From Bacilli bacterium (lineage in GTDB: Bacteria; Bacillota_I; Bacilli_A; RFN20; CAG-826): a DNA stretch of 64,000 nt. How positions within the stretch are numbered: position 1 is the stretch's first letter; each line of letters starts with the position of its first letter. Shown here in pieces: positions 52,949 through 62,159 of the stretch. The position numbers and the translations under genes are program-made. Location: assembly GCA_045628045.1 (NCBI GenBank), contig JAZQOV010000002.1:1-64000 (forward strand), written 5' to 3'. Under the pieces are notes generated by a model. The model saw only the letters and a list, made by a program, of their open reading frames with translations, was not told the origin of the DNA and searched no databases.

Positions 52949-53877
52949 ATTCGATAGCACTCGGTCGTTATGTTCCTCGTGATTCCTTCATTCATAGAAT
53001 GGATCCAAGAAATAAGATTATCTGTCTTATTGCTTTAATGGTGGCTATTTTTATTTCTTACAATACATTTGAATTAACCTTCATTATTGGTGGAATTTTG
53101 GCTGTTTTTATCATTTCACTTCTTTTAATTGCTCGAGTTTCAATTCTTGATGTGTTTAAGTCATTAAGAGTTTTGTGGTTCTTTGTAATTTTATTACTAA
53201 TTATTAACATTTTTACTCCTCCAGCAGGCTCAACTATGGAGGCCTTTAACATTGGAAAACTCACCATTTACTGGGAGGCAATTTTCCAAAGTTTAAAGAT
53301 TATTTTAAGACTTGTCTTAATGATTATGCTCACAATGCTTTTAACCGCAACTACAAAGCCACTTGATTTAACTTATGGTCTTGAGTGGTTTATGACTCCA
53401 TTAAAGGTTATTAAATTCCCAGCTCATGAAGTTGCAATGACAATTTCAATTGCATTACGTTTTATTCCAACTCTTCTTGATGAAACTGACCGAATTATGA
53501 AAGCTCAGTCTTCTCGTGGAGTTGACTTTAAAAATGGAAAATTATCAAACAGATTAAAAGCAATTGTTTCCTTAATAATTCCGCTATTTATTTCTTCGTT
53601 CCAACGAAGTGAAGAACTTGCTGATTCAATGGAAGCAAGAGGTTATGATCCAAAAGCAACTAGAACAAGATATAGAGTTCTAAGATTTAAAGTTATCGAT
53701 ATCTTTGGTTTTATATTATGTGGTGCACTTTGTGCTCTCACTATTATAATTTCATCATATGGATGGAATTTAGGCACCATTAACTTTATTCCTTGGTTTG
53801 TTTTAGGGCTTCTTATAATTTTCATTTATATTATCGTGACTGCAGCACTTGACGCTATTATAAGGAGACATTCATGA
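52945..53877 (+). CDS. ecfT: ECF transporter transmembrane component EcfT
   Basis: IH.MDPR.K, IALRFIPTL..E, AQ.SRG and MEARGY motifs. Confidence 0.93.
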   Translation: MNSIALGRYVPRDSFIHRMDPRNKIICLIALMVAIFISYNTFELTFIIGGILAVFIISLLLIARVSILDVFKSLRVLWFFVILLLIINIFTPPAGSTMEAFNIGKLTIYWEAIFQSLKIILRLVLMIMLTMLLTATTKPLDLTYGLEWFMTPLKVIKFPAHEVAMTISIALRFIPTLLDETDRIMKAQSSRGVDFKNGKLSNRLKAIVSLIIPLFISSFQRSEELADSMEARGYDPKATRTRYRVLRFKVIDIFGFILCGALCALTIIISSYGWNLGTINFIPWFVLGLLIIFIYIIVTAALDAIIRRHS

Positions 53878-54611
53878 GATACTTAGCAATTACTTCTTAT
53901 AAAGGCACTAATTTCTGTGGTTGGCAAAAACAAACTGTTTCTAAACTCCCTTCTATAGAAGAAACTATTGAGTGTGTTTTAAGTAAAATTTTGTCCGAAA
54001 AAATTAAAATTTATGGTTCAGGTAGAACTGATGCCGGAGTTCATGCATTAGGTCAAACATTTCATTTTGACACTGAAAAAGAGCTCGATATTTACAAAAT
54101 GTCTCATTCATTAAATGAACTTCTTCCTGAAGATATAAGAATTTTGTCTTTTTCAAAAGTTTCTGACGATTTTCACGCAAGATTTAATGCGAACAAGAAA
54201 ACATACATTTATAAAATTAGAAACTCAAAGGTCAGTGATCCATTCAAAAATGACCTTGAATACACCTTATCTCAAAAGCTTGATGTAGAAGAAATGAAAG
54301 AAGCTTCAGAACTATTTTTGGGTGAACATAATTTCATGAATTTTACATCAAAAGAAGAAGATGATTCTAACTTTGTTAGAAATATCTTTGATTTGTCTAT
54401 TTCTGAGGAAAAAGAAAATATCACTATTTCAATGACTGGTAATGGATTTATGAGATACATGGTTCGCATGATTGTGGGTAATTTAATTCAAGTTGGTTTA
54501 GGCAAATTATCCACTGAAGATTTAAACAAAAATCTTAACGATAAAATTAGAAAACCATCTTCATATAAAGCCCCGGCTTATGGCCTTTATCTGAAGGAAG
54601 TTTTGTATTAA
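53874..54611 (+). CDS. truA: tRNA pseudouridine(38-40) synthase
   Basis: GSGRTDAGVHA.GQ, FHARF, GF..YMVR and GL.L motifs. Confidence 0.96.
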   Translation: MRYLAITSYKGTNFCGWQKQTVSKLPSIEETIECVLSKILSEKIKIYGSGRTDAGVHALGQTFHFDTEKELDIYKMSHSLNELLPEDIRILSFSKVSDDFHARFNANKKTYIYKIRNSKVSDPFKNDLEYTLSQKLDVEEMKEASELFLGEHNFMNFTSKEEDDSNFVRNIFDLSISEEKENITISMTGNGFMRYMVRMIVGNLIQVGLGKLSTEDLNKNLNDKIRKPSSYKAPAYGLYLKEVLY

Positions 54612-54682
54612 AAGTTAATTATTGATTTCACTTATTATATAAGAAGCGTATAATAGAGGACGCCGAAAAGGAGATTATTACT

Positions 54683-55387
54683 ATGGGTAGACATCATGAA
54701 GTTCGTGCCGCAGCTATGGCAAAAACTGGTGCAATGAAGTCAGCACTTTATGCTCGTGCTTCTAAAGAAGCATATATGGCAGCTCGCACCGGAGATCCAG
54801 ATCCAAAAACAAACTTAGCATTAAGAGCGGTTTACGATAAATATCGTGGAAAATCAGTTCCAAGAGATGTTTTTGATAGAGCAATTAAAAAAGCACAAGG
54901 CGGAGACGCTGTTGCATTCGTTGAAGGTTGTTATGAATATTATGGACCAGGAAATTCATTCCTTGTCGTTAATACATTAACTGACAATCCAAATAGAGCA
55001 CTTGTTGAAGTTAGAACCGCAATTGTTCGTAAAGGTGGACACCAAGGTTCAGTTCTTTATAACTTCACTCAATTAGGCGTTCTTTCATTCAAAGGAACAA
55101 ACCGTGATGAAGTTGAAGAAACTTTAATTCTTGGCGATGTTGATGTTCAATCAGTTGAAGCTGAAGAAGACATGATTTATGTCACAGTTTCTCCAGCAGC
55201 ATTTGCCAAAGCAAAAGAAGTTCTTGCTGGTATGGGAATTACTGAATTTGAAGAAGCAGAAGTTCGTCTTGAACCAAATGAATGGATTGACCTTGATGGA
55301 GAATCCAAACAAAAGTTTGAAGAACTTATCGATGCACTTGAAGAATGTGAGGATGTTCAAAGCGTTGCTCACAACGTTAATCTCTAA
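54683..55387 (+). CDS. YebC/PmpR family protein
   Basis: P..N..LR, YE.YGPG, LTDN.NR and LE..EDVQ.V.HN motifs. Confidence 0.9.
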   Translation: MGRHHEVRAAAMAKTGAMKSALYARASKEAYMAARTGDPDPKTNLALRAVYDKYRGKSVPRDVFDRAIKKAQGGDAVAFVEGCYEYYGPGNSFLVVNTLTDNPNRALVEVRTAIVRKGGHQGSVLYNFTQLGVLSFKGTNRDEVEETLILGDVDVQSVEAEEDMIYVTVSPAAFAKAKEVLAGMGITEFEEAEVRLEPNEWIDLDGESKQKFEELIDALEECEDVQSVAHNVNL

Positions 55388-55431
55388 TAGAGAGTATTGA
55401 ATATTTTTAAATAAGTAGTATATTATAGGTA

Positions 55432-55483
55432 GGCGTTAGATAAATCCTAACAAAAAGGAATCGACTGGTACTCGATTCCTTTT
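55432..55483 (+). ncRNA. Candidate ~50-nt antisense-type small RNA
   Basis: TTGAAT (55397) ...TATATT/TATTAT promoter, short GTTAG/CTAAC hairpin, ends at the bidirectional terminator; no ORF. Confidence 0.35.
55453..55483. terminator. Bidirectional intrinsic terminator
   Basis: AAAAGGAATCGA-CTGGTAC-TCGATTCCTTTT. Confidence 0.85.
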
Positions 55484-55528
55484 CTCATTTTTGAAAGTAG
55501 AGGGCGTCAATAAATCCTTGTTACAAGA

Positions 55529-55646
55529 TTAATTTTTAAACATTATTAATAGTAGCAGTATAATAATGATTAATGCGATCAAATATTCTATCTAATAGAA
55601 TATCCTTTCTGCACAACGCCCACACTTTCATGCGTCGTAGTGCCAC
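55529..55646 (-). pseudogene. Type I toxin-like small hydrophobic peptide, apparently disrupted by a 1-nt insertion
   Basis: Frame IEYLIALIIIILLLLIMFKN* (55591-55529) behind AGAAAGGA-7 nt-TT(A)G; upstream AGGAGG-6 nt-GTG ORF is out of frame by one base. Confidence 0.5.
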
Positions 55647-55808
55647 GCCATACCTCCTAAAAATTTAGCTCATATTTCTGTGAGCAACTATATTATAAGG
55701 TATTATTTTTATAATTTCTATGAAATTTTAAAAATAATACCCTAGAGAGTATGAATTTTGAAAAAAGCATAAAAAAGATAGGTAAAACCTATTTTAATTA
55801 GAAAGTCT

Positions 55809-55837
55809 TTGACTAGATTTATACATTTTAGTATAAT
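55809..55837 (+). promoter_or_regulatory. SigA promoter of rplM-rpsI
   Basis: TTGACT-17 bp-TATAAT. Confidence 0.8.
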
Positions 55838-55848
55838 CTAACTCGCAC

Positions 55849-55886
55849 CTTGAAAATCAATAGTCCCGGTAAGATTATTGTTCGAG
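55849..55886 (+). promoter_or_regulatory. L13 leader-like RNA hairpin
   Basis: CTTGAA/TTCGAG and CAATAGTC/GATTATTG stems with a CCGG-containing loop upstream of rplM. Confidence 0.6.
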
Positions 55887-55904
55887 TTAAAGGAGGAAAG
55901 CAAA

Positions 55905-56348
55905 ATGCAACGTCAAACAACGATCGCAAAACCAGAAAAGATCGAACGTAAGTGGTATGTCATTGATGCAACCGGCATTCCTTATGGTCGTCTTGCTTCC
56001 TTTGTTGCAGTTAAATTAATGGGTAAGGACAAACCAATCTATACTCCAAACGTAGATTGTGGTGATTATGTCATTATCATTAACTGTGAAAAAGTAGCTA
56101 TGTCTGGCACAAATAAAGCTAAAAACAAAAAATATTACAACGCTTCAGGATACACAGGTGGTCTCCGCGTGAGAACTGCTGGTGAAATGATTGAAAGATA
56201 TCCAGAAGAAATGATTACCCGTTCAGTTTGGGGAATGCTCCCAAAAGGACCACTTGGTAGATCAATGGCCAAGAAACTCTTTGTCTACAAAGGCGCTGAA
56301 CATAAACACGAAGCTCAGAAACCTGAAGTTCTCGTGTGGAAGAAATAA
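55905..56348 (+). CDS. rplM: 50S ribosomal protein L13
   Basis: [23 protein letters not shown] and GMLPK motifs; AGGAGG before ATG 55905. Confidence 0.98.
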   Translation: MQRQTTIAKPEKIERKWYVIDATGIPYGRLASFVAVKLMGKDKPIYTPNVDCGDYVIIINCEKVAMSGTNKAKNKKYYNASGYTGGLRVRTAGEMIERYPEEMITRSVWGMLPKGPLGRSMAKKLFVYKGAEHKHEAQKPEVLVWKK

Positions 56349-56359
56349 GGAGAATTACT

Positions 56360-56752
56360 ATGGCAGACGCAAAGAAATATTACGGAACTGGTAGACGCAA
56401 ATCATCAGTTGCTCGTGTCTATGTCACAGCAGGTAAAGGCAAAATCATCGTCAATGGTGAAGATGTTAAAACCTATATGCCATATGCCACATTAGTCATG
56501 GATTTATCACAACCTCTTGAGGTTGTTGGTAAAGCTGACAAATATGACGTTGAAGCTTTTGTTAAAGGCGGTGGATTCACTGGTCAAGCTGGCGCAATTC
56601 GTCTTGGTATCGCACGTGCTTTACTTGAAGCAGGTGAAGATAGAAAGGCACTTAAAGTCGCTGGTTTAGTCACAAGAGATGCTCGTGCTAAAGAACGTAA
56701 AAAATACGGTCTCAAAGCAGCTCGTCGTGCTCCACAATTCTCAAAACGTTAA
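56360..56752 (+). CDS. rpsI: 30S ribosomal protein S9
   Basis: [21 protein letters not shown] and ERKKYGL..ARR.PQFSKR motifs. Confidence 0.99.
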   Translation: MADAKKYYGTGRRKSSVARVYVTAGKGKIIVNGEDVKTYMPYATLVMDLSQPLEVVGKADKYDVEAFVKGGGFTGQAGAIRLGIARALLEAGEDRKALKVAGLVTRDARAKERKKYGLKAARRAPQFSKR

Positions 56753-56763
56753 TCATCGTTTAC

Positions 56764-56795
56764 AAGAAGAGCTCCAGAAATGGTGCTCTTTTTTT
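56764..56795 (+). terminator. Intrinsic terminator
   Basis: AAGAGC.CCA-GAAA-TGG.GCTCTT plus T-run. Confidence 0.8.
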
Positions 56796-56897
56796 GTTTG
56801 GTTATTAAAATATAAAAAAGTTTATTAATAAACTTTTTTACTTTTCAAAATCCTTTTAATATGATAAACTATAAAATGTAAAGGTACTTTATATTTT

Positions 56898-58001
56898 ATG
56901 ATTAGAGAAATAACCGAAAAAGAAATTAAAGCTTTTATCAACTTTGGAGATGCTTTATACAAAGGTGATAAAAACTATATTCCTTATATTAATAAGGATT
57001 TAAAAAAGACACTTAAAAGACTAGTCTTCTTCAGAAAAACATATTTCGCAGTATGTCATTTCGATAAGAATAACAAGGTTGATGGTCGAGTGTTATTAAC
57101 AATTGGAAAAAGCAAACAACTTAAATCAGATAAGTGCGGATATTTTTCGCATATTGAGTTTGTTGAGAATTATGATGTTTTTAAGGAATTAATGGATTTC
57201 TCCCTTAATTTATTAAAGGAAAAAGGTGCTGATTGCACATGTGGAACTTTTTTCCATCATGATCCAGACAACAGAAGAGGCATTTTAATTGATAACTTCG
57301 ATACATTCCCAATGCTTTTTACATCTTATAATAAACCTTATTACAAAGATTACTTTGAAAAGTATGGATTTAAGAAATTAATCGATGCTCTTGAATATGA
57401 ATATTCTTTTAAAGAAGATAAGATGAAAGCCGTTAAAGAAAAAGGTGAACAAGCTTTAATTGATAATGACATTCATATTGATAAAGCAGACTTAAAGCAG
57501 CTTGATAGAGAAATTGAAGCGGTTCATGACATTATGGTGACCGCATCAACTTCAATAAATTTTGAAGAAGTTATTTCTAAAGAACAGATTAAAAAAATCT
57601 TTTATTCTTTTAAATCATTCCTTAATCCAGATTATGTATTTTTTGCAAGAACAAATAAAGATAATAGACCAATTGGTTTTACTTTCGCATTACCTAATTA
57701 CAATGAGGTAATTAAGAAAATGAACGGGAAAACCAATATATTTTCACTAATTAAGTTCGCTATTTATAAAAAACGCATTACAGGTTTAAGGGCAATGCTT
57801 CAATACATAATTCCTGAATATCAACACAAAGGAATTTCAAAAGCTTTATATAATGAAACAAGAAAATCAATTGAGAAAAATCACATTACTCGTGTAGGGC
57901 TTGGAACCATTATGGAAAACAATGATAAATCAAATGGACTTGTTGTTTCTGCTGGAGGAGTTAGATCGAAAACCTACCGCATCTACTATAAAGAATTATG
58001 A
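56898..58001 (+). CDS. YghO-like tandem GNAT acyltransferase (bacterial ceramide synthase-like family)
   Basis: LY..D.NY.P, GRV, GYF..IE, GIL.D.FD......YN.PYY...FE..GF.K..D, PEYQ.KG and K.YRIY.K motifs. Confidence 0.7.
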   Translation: MIREITEKEIKAFINFGDALYKGDKNYIPYINKDLKKTLKRLVFFRKTYFAVCHFDKNNKVDGRVLLTIGKSKQLKSDKCGYFSHIEFVENYDVFKELMDFSLNLLKEKGADCTCGTFFHHDPDNRRGILIDNFDTFPMLFTSYNKPYYKDYFEKYGFKKLIDALEYEYSFKEDKMKAVKEKGEQALIDNDIHIDKADLKQLDREIEAVHDIMVTASTSINFEEVISKEQIKKIFYSFKSFLNPDYVFFARTNKDNRPIGFTFALPNYNEVIKKMNGKTNIFSLIKFAIYKKRITGLRAMLQYIIPEYQHKGISKALYNETRKSIEKNHITRVGLGTIMENNDKSNGLVVSAGGVRSKTYRIYYKEL

Positions 58002-59173
58002 TTTTAACAATTATTGAAATTATTCTAGCTTTAGTTGTGCCGTTTCTTACTATTAAATTTAGTAATAACTGGTTAACAAAGAAATTAGGCGTAGTTGGCA
58101 CTAATTACCTTTTAGGTATTGTTTACGCTTTAATTATTTTTGCATTCACAAAAACAAATATAATTACTCAAAGAGATACTTCTGGGAATGAAATTCTTTC
58201 ATATCTAGCGGTTTCTTTTTCAATTCCGTTCTTACTTTATAATACAAATTTTAGAGATGTTCTTAAGCTTTCAAAAAAGAGTTTAATTTCATTTGGATTA
58301 CTAATCTTCTCTGTTATTTGTGTCACCACAATTACCTATTTTGCATTCTCTAAAAACATTGCCTCTGGAAATGTATTAAGTGGAATGGCTGTTGGACTTT
58401 ACACCGGCGGAACTCCAAATCTCAATTCAGTTGCTTATTCATTTGGATTAGATAAAGACACAATTTTAATGAGCAATATTAGCGACATTATCTTTGGCGG
58501 ATTGTTTTATGTATTTTTGATTTTGCTCGCAAAACCTTTAATAAAACATTTCTTAAAAGGCGATGTTGAAAAAGACAAAGAATTTGTTTGTGAAAAACAA
58601 GAAGAAACGGCATTTTCCTTTAAAAATCATGGTGTTTTCCGCAATATTTTATTAACTTTAGGCGCTGTAGCAATATCAGCCGGAGTTGGTGTTTTGATCT
58701 GGGTTATTACCGGAAAAGTTGATGGAACATTAACCAATTATTTAGTCCCGGCTTTAATGCTTGGAACCACAGTTATTGGTCTTGTACTTTCATTTAATAA
58801 AAATATAAGAGAAGTAAAAGGCAACAACAAAATGGGTGAATATTGTTCTTGTGTTTTTAGTTTTGCAATTTCATCAATTATTGATTTTAATAAACTTTCT
58901 AGTCTTGCATTAAATATTTTTATTCATTTTGCAATCATTACCCTTGCTACATTTTTACTTCATTTATTACTATGCAAAATTTTCAAAATCAATGCTGATA
59001 TTATGATTACAACATGCACAGCAGGCATTTATGGACCAGCATTTATTCCTAGCGTTACTAAAAGTATTGGCGCACAATATATGTTAGCTACAGGATTAAT
59101 CCTAGGATCACTAGGTTATGCAATCGGTACCTTTTTAGGCATTGGAATTGGCCAATTATTTACGTTATTTTAG
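57998..59173 (+). CDS. DUF819 family membrane protein
   Basis: About 12 TM helices; GLYTGGTPNL..V, TAGIYGP.F and G.LGYAIGTFLG motifs. Confidence 0.75.
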   Translation: MILTIIEIILALVVPFLTIKFSNNWLTKKLGVVGTNYLLGIVYALIIFAFTKTNIITQRDTSGNEILSYLAVSFSIPFLLYNTNFRDVLKLSKKSLISFGLLIFSVICVTTITYFAFSKNIASGNVLSGMAVGLYTGGTPNLNSVAYSFGLDKDTILMSNISDIIFGGLFYVFLILLAKPLIKHFLKGDVEKDKEFVCEKQEETAFSFKNHGVFRNILLTLGAVAISAGVGVLIWVITGKVDGTLTNYLVPALMLGTTVIGLVLSFNKNIREVKGNNKMGEYCSCVFSFAISSIIDFNKLSSLALNIFIHFAIITLATFLLHLLLCKIFKINADIMITTCTAGIYGPAFIPSVTKSIGAQYMLATGLILGSLGYAIGTFLGIGIGQLFTLF

Positions 59174-59185
59174 GGGGTTTTTGCT

Positions 59186-60814
59186 ATGAAACTTGTTGAT
59201 TACGTATTTGAATCCGAGAAGAAATATCTAAAAAATATCGCATATTCCTTCATGGGAAAGAAAACGACTTATGAAACCATGGCAAAGCGAATTGATGATG
59301 TCGCTTTGTGCTTACTAAATCTTGGTTTAAAAGATGGAGATATTGTTTGTATTGCAATGCCTAACACACCACAAGCAATCTTAACAATTTATGCTTGTAA
59401 CAAAATTGGTGTTACTGTAAACATGATTCATCCACTTTCATCTGAAAATGAATTCTTAACATTTGTTAATAAGGTAAAAGCCTCAACAATTTTAATCATT
59501 GATCAATTTGTTAATAAAATTGAAGCAATTAGAGAAAAGACAAATCTTAAAAACATCATCGTTGCAAGCGTGCGTGATGAATTATCTTTTGTGAAGAAAG
59601 TTGGTTATGATTTAACACTTGCAAAGAAGACCCCAAAATTTGATGCTTCTAAAGTATTAATGTGGACTGACTTTATTAAAAATAAAGCCAATGTTGATTT
59701 AAGTGAACTTAAAACCAAAAACGAAATAGCTTTGATTCTTCACTCTGGAGGAACAACAGGTAAAGTCAAAGGTGTTTGTTTATCTAATACTGCAGTTAAT
59801 GCATCTGCAGAGCAAATGCTTAAGGCTAACCCAATGATTGATAATTCAGATAGATTCTTATCCGTTATGCCAATTTTCCATGGTAATGGCCTAGTTATTG
59901 GTGTTCACTCAATGCTTATGCTTGGCGCACGCTGCGTTCTTATTCCAAGATTTACTCCTGAAACATACGCAAAAGACTTAATTAAAAATAAATGTAACTA
60001 CATGTCTGGAGTTCCTGCATTATTTGAAAGATTAATGGGCGTAGAAATAATGAAAAAAGCCGATTTATCATTCCTTAAAGGTGCATTCTCTGGTGCAGAT
60101 TATTTATCTGTAGAATTAGAAAGAAAAATTAATGTGTTCCTTAAGGAACATAATGCAAAGGTTCCAGTAAGACAAGGCTATGGAATGACTGAAGGCGTTG
60201 TTGCAACCACACTTAATCCGGTTGATAAACAAAAAGAAGGCTCAATTGGTGTAGCTCTTCCAGGTGTTGAAGTTAAAATTGTTAAACCAGGTACTGAAGA
60301 AGAAGTTAAAACTAATGAAGTTGGTGAAATTGTCTTCTCTTCAATCACTAACATGTCTTATTACTATAATGATCCTGAAGAAACTGACATCTCTATGAAG
60401 AAACATAAAGATGGAAAATATTGGATTCATTCAGGGGATCTTGGCTCAGTGGATGAAGATGGATTTTTCTTCTTTAAAGGAAGAATTAAGAGAATGATTG
60501 TAACAAATGGTTACAACGTCTTCCCAAATGAACTCGAAAATATTATTGAATCATTTGAAATGGTGGACAGAAGTTGCGTTCTCGCTCTTCCTTACTCTGA
60601 TGGCACAGACAGAATTCAAACTTTCATTACTTTAAAGAAAGGCTTTGCGCCAAGTGAAGAATTAAAAGCAGAAATCAAATCATTGTGTGCTAAAAATATC
60701 GCAAAATATGCACTTCCAAAGAAAATAACATTTATTGATAAAATGCCAACAACCAAAGTTGGCAAAGTTGATTTCAATGCTTTGCTTAAAGGCGAATTTA
60801 ATGAAGCAAAATAA
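59186..60814 (+). CDS. Long-chain acyl-CoA synthetase (ANL adenylate-forming)
   Basis: HSGGTTGKVKG, QGYGMTE, SGDLG..DEDGF.F.KGR.K and P.TKVGK motifs. Confidence 0.9.
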   Translation: MKLVDYVFESEKKYLKNIAYSFMGKKTTYETMAKRIDDVALCLLNLGLKDGDIVCIAMPNTPQAILTIYACNKIGVTVNMIHPLSSENEFLTFVNKVKASTILIIDQFVNKIEAIREKTNLKNIIVASVRDELSFVKKVGYDLTLAKKTPKFDASKVLMWTDFIKNKANVDLSELKTKNEIALILHSGGTTGKVKGVCLSNTAVNASAEQMLKANPMIDNSDRFLSVMPIFHGNGLVIGVHSMLMLGARCVLIPRFTPETYAKDLIKNKCNYMSGVPALFERLMGVEIMKKADLSFLKGAFSGADYLSVELERKINVFLKEHNAKVPVRQGYGMTEGVVATTLNPVDKQKEGSIGVALPGVEVKIVKPGTEEEVKTNEVGEIVFSSITNMSYYYNDPEETDISMKKHKDGKYWIHSGDLGSVDEDGFFFFKGRIKRMIVTNGYNVFPNELENIIESFEMVDRSCVLALPYSDGTDRIQTFITLKKGFAPSEELKAEIKSLCAKNIAKYALPKKITFIDKMPTTKVGKVDFNALLKGEFNEAK

Positions 60815-60861
60815 ATTAAAAAATAGGTTGAATTAGGTTATATATTATTTATAATATCAAT

Positions 60862-61587
60862 ATGTTTCCACTTGGCCCATTAGTAAATTCATTTGCAGTC
60901 CTTATTGCAGGTTTTTTAGGAGGCTTAGTAGGCTCTAGATTAAAAGAAAGAGTTGCTACAGCCTTAAGTGTTTTAATGGGCTTTGTTGCACTTGCAATAG
61001 GTATTATCTTAACAATTCAAGTTCAAACTCTTCCTGCGGTTGTGCTTTCTTTAGTTTTAGGCACACTCATTGGTTCACTTTTAAAACTTGATGATAGAGT
61101 TTCCTCTTTATTCGCGAAGATCAACAAAAAATTCTTTAAACAAGATCAGGACGAAGAAAAATCATCCATGTTTAATACAGTTTTAGTACTTTGTTGTGTT
61201 AGTGGAACTGGCATATTTGGTGCAATAAATGAAGGTTTAGGGAATGGGACTACGATGCTTATTTGCAAAGCAATTATGGATTTTGTAACTGTCTTTATCT
61301 TTGCATCTTATATTGGAAAATCATGCGCTTTAATTTCTATTCCTCAAGTAGTTATCCTTTTGCTTCTATTCTTTTTAGCAACATTTGTGAAACCGGTTGT
61401 AGATAATCCAATCCTAAAAGGTGATTTTTCTGCAGTTGGAGGAATAATTGAATTAATTATTGGTTTTAGAATTTTAAAGCTCACAAAAATGAAGGTTATT
61501 GATACGCTTCCTTCAATTATTCTTATCTTTTTAGTAACATGGATTTGGAATCTAGCATTACCAGGTCACATTAACTTATTTGCCTAA
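60862..61587 (+). CDS. DUF554 family membrane protein
   Basis: G..VN...V..G, CV....I.GA..EGL, K.I.DF and VGG......G motifs. Confidence 0.85.
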   Translation: MFPLGPLVNSFAVLIAGFLGGLVGSRLKERVATALSVLMGFVALAIGIILTIQVQTLPAVVLSLVLGTLIGSLLKLDDRVSSLFAKINKKFFKQDQDEEKSSMFNTVLVLCCVSGTGIFGAINEGLGNGTTMLICKAIMDFVTVFIFASYIGKSCALISIPQVVILLLLFFLATFVKPVVDNPILKGDFSAVGGIIELIIGFRILKLTKMKVIDTLPSIILIFLVTWIWNLALPGHINLFA

Positions 61588-61613
61588 AAATAATTGATAT
61601 TAATTATTTATTA

Positions 61614-61642
61614 TTGAAAATATATCCTTACTAGTGTATATT
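61614..61642 (+). promoter_or_regulatory. SigA promoter of the tRNA operon
   Basis: TTGAAA-17 bp-TATATT followed by a GGCGC-AAAA-GCGCC leader hairpin. Confidence 0.7.
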
Positions 61643-61665
61643 ATTAAGGCGCAAAAGCGCCAAAT

Positions 61666-61742
<77 letters not shown>

Positions 61743-61798
61743 TTTGTTGATAATCAGCCCTTATGAGGGCTGTTATTATAGGGGGAAACACCCTAGAA

Positions 61799-61874
61799 GG
61801 GCACTTAGCTCAGTTGGGAGAGCGTTTCCTTCACACGGAAGAGGTCACAAGTTCGAACCTTGTAGCGCCCACCA
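61799..61874 (+). tRNA. tRNA-Val(CAC)
   Basis: Anticodon loop TTCACAC, GTTCGAA T-loop, CCA; one A-C mismatch in the acceptor stem. Confidence 0.93.
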
Positions 61875-61877
61875 GAT

Positions 61878-61953
61878 GCCTTCTTAGCTCAATTGGTAGA
61901 GCAACCGCCTTGTAAGCGGTAGGTTATTGGTTCAAGTCCGATAGAAGGCACCA
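61878..61953 (+). tRNA. tRNA-Thr(TGT)
   Basis: Anticodon loop CTTGTAA, acceptor stem GCCTTCT/AGAAGGC, CCA. Confidence 0.97.
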
Positions 61954-61964
61954 TTTCTTAATTT

Positions 61965-62049
61965 GGAGATATGGCGAAACTGGCAGACGCGTTAGACTTA
62001 GGATCTAATGGGGCAACCCGTGCAGGTTCAATTCCTGTTATCTCCACCA
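61965..62049 (+). tRNA. tRNA-Leu(TAG)
   Basis: Anticodon loop CTTAGGA, long variable arm, CCA. Confidence 0.96.
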
Positions 62050-62052
62050 ATG

Positions 62053-62077
62053 AAAAAGCTCAAAAATGAGCTTTTTT
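62053..62077 (+). terminator. tRNA operon terminator
   Basis: AAAAAGCTCA-AAAA-TGAGCTTTTTT. Confidence 0.88.
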
Positions 62078-62159
62078 CTTTACTTAAATACTTGGTATTT
62101 ACTACCTGTTATGAAAAACGGGAATCAGCGTGCAAAAAGTGTGTCATAATGTTGGTGAT

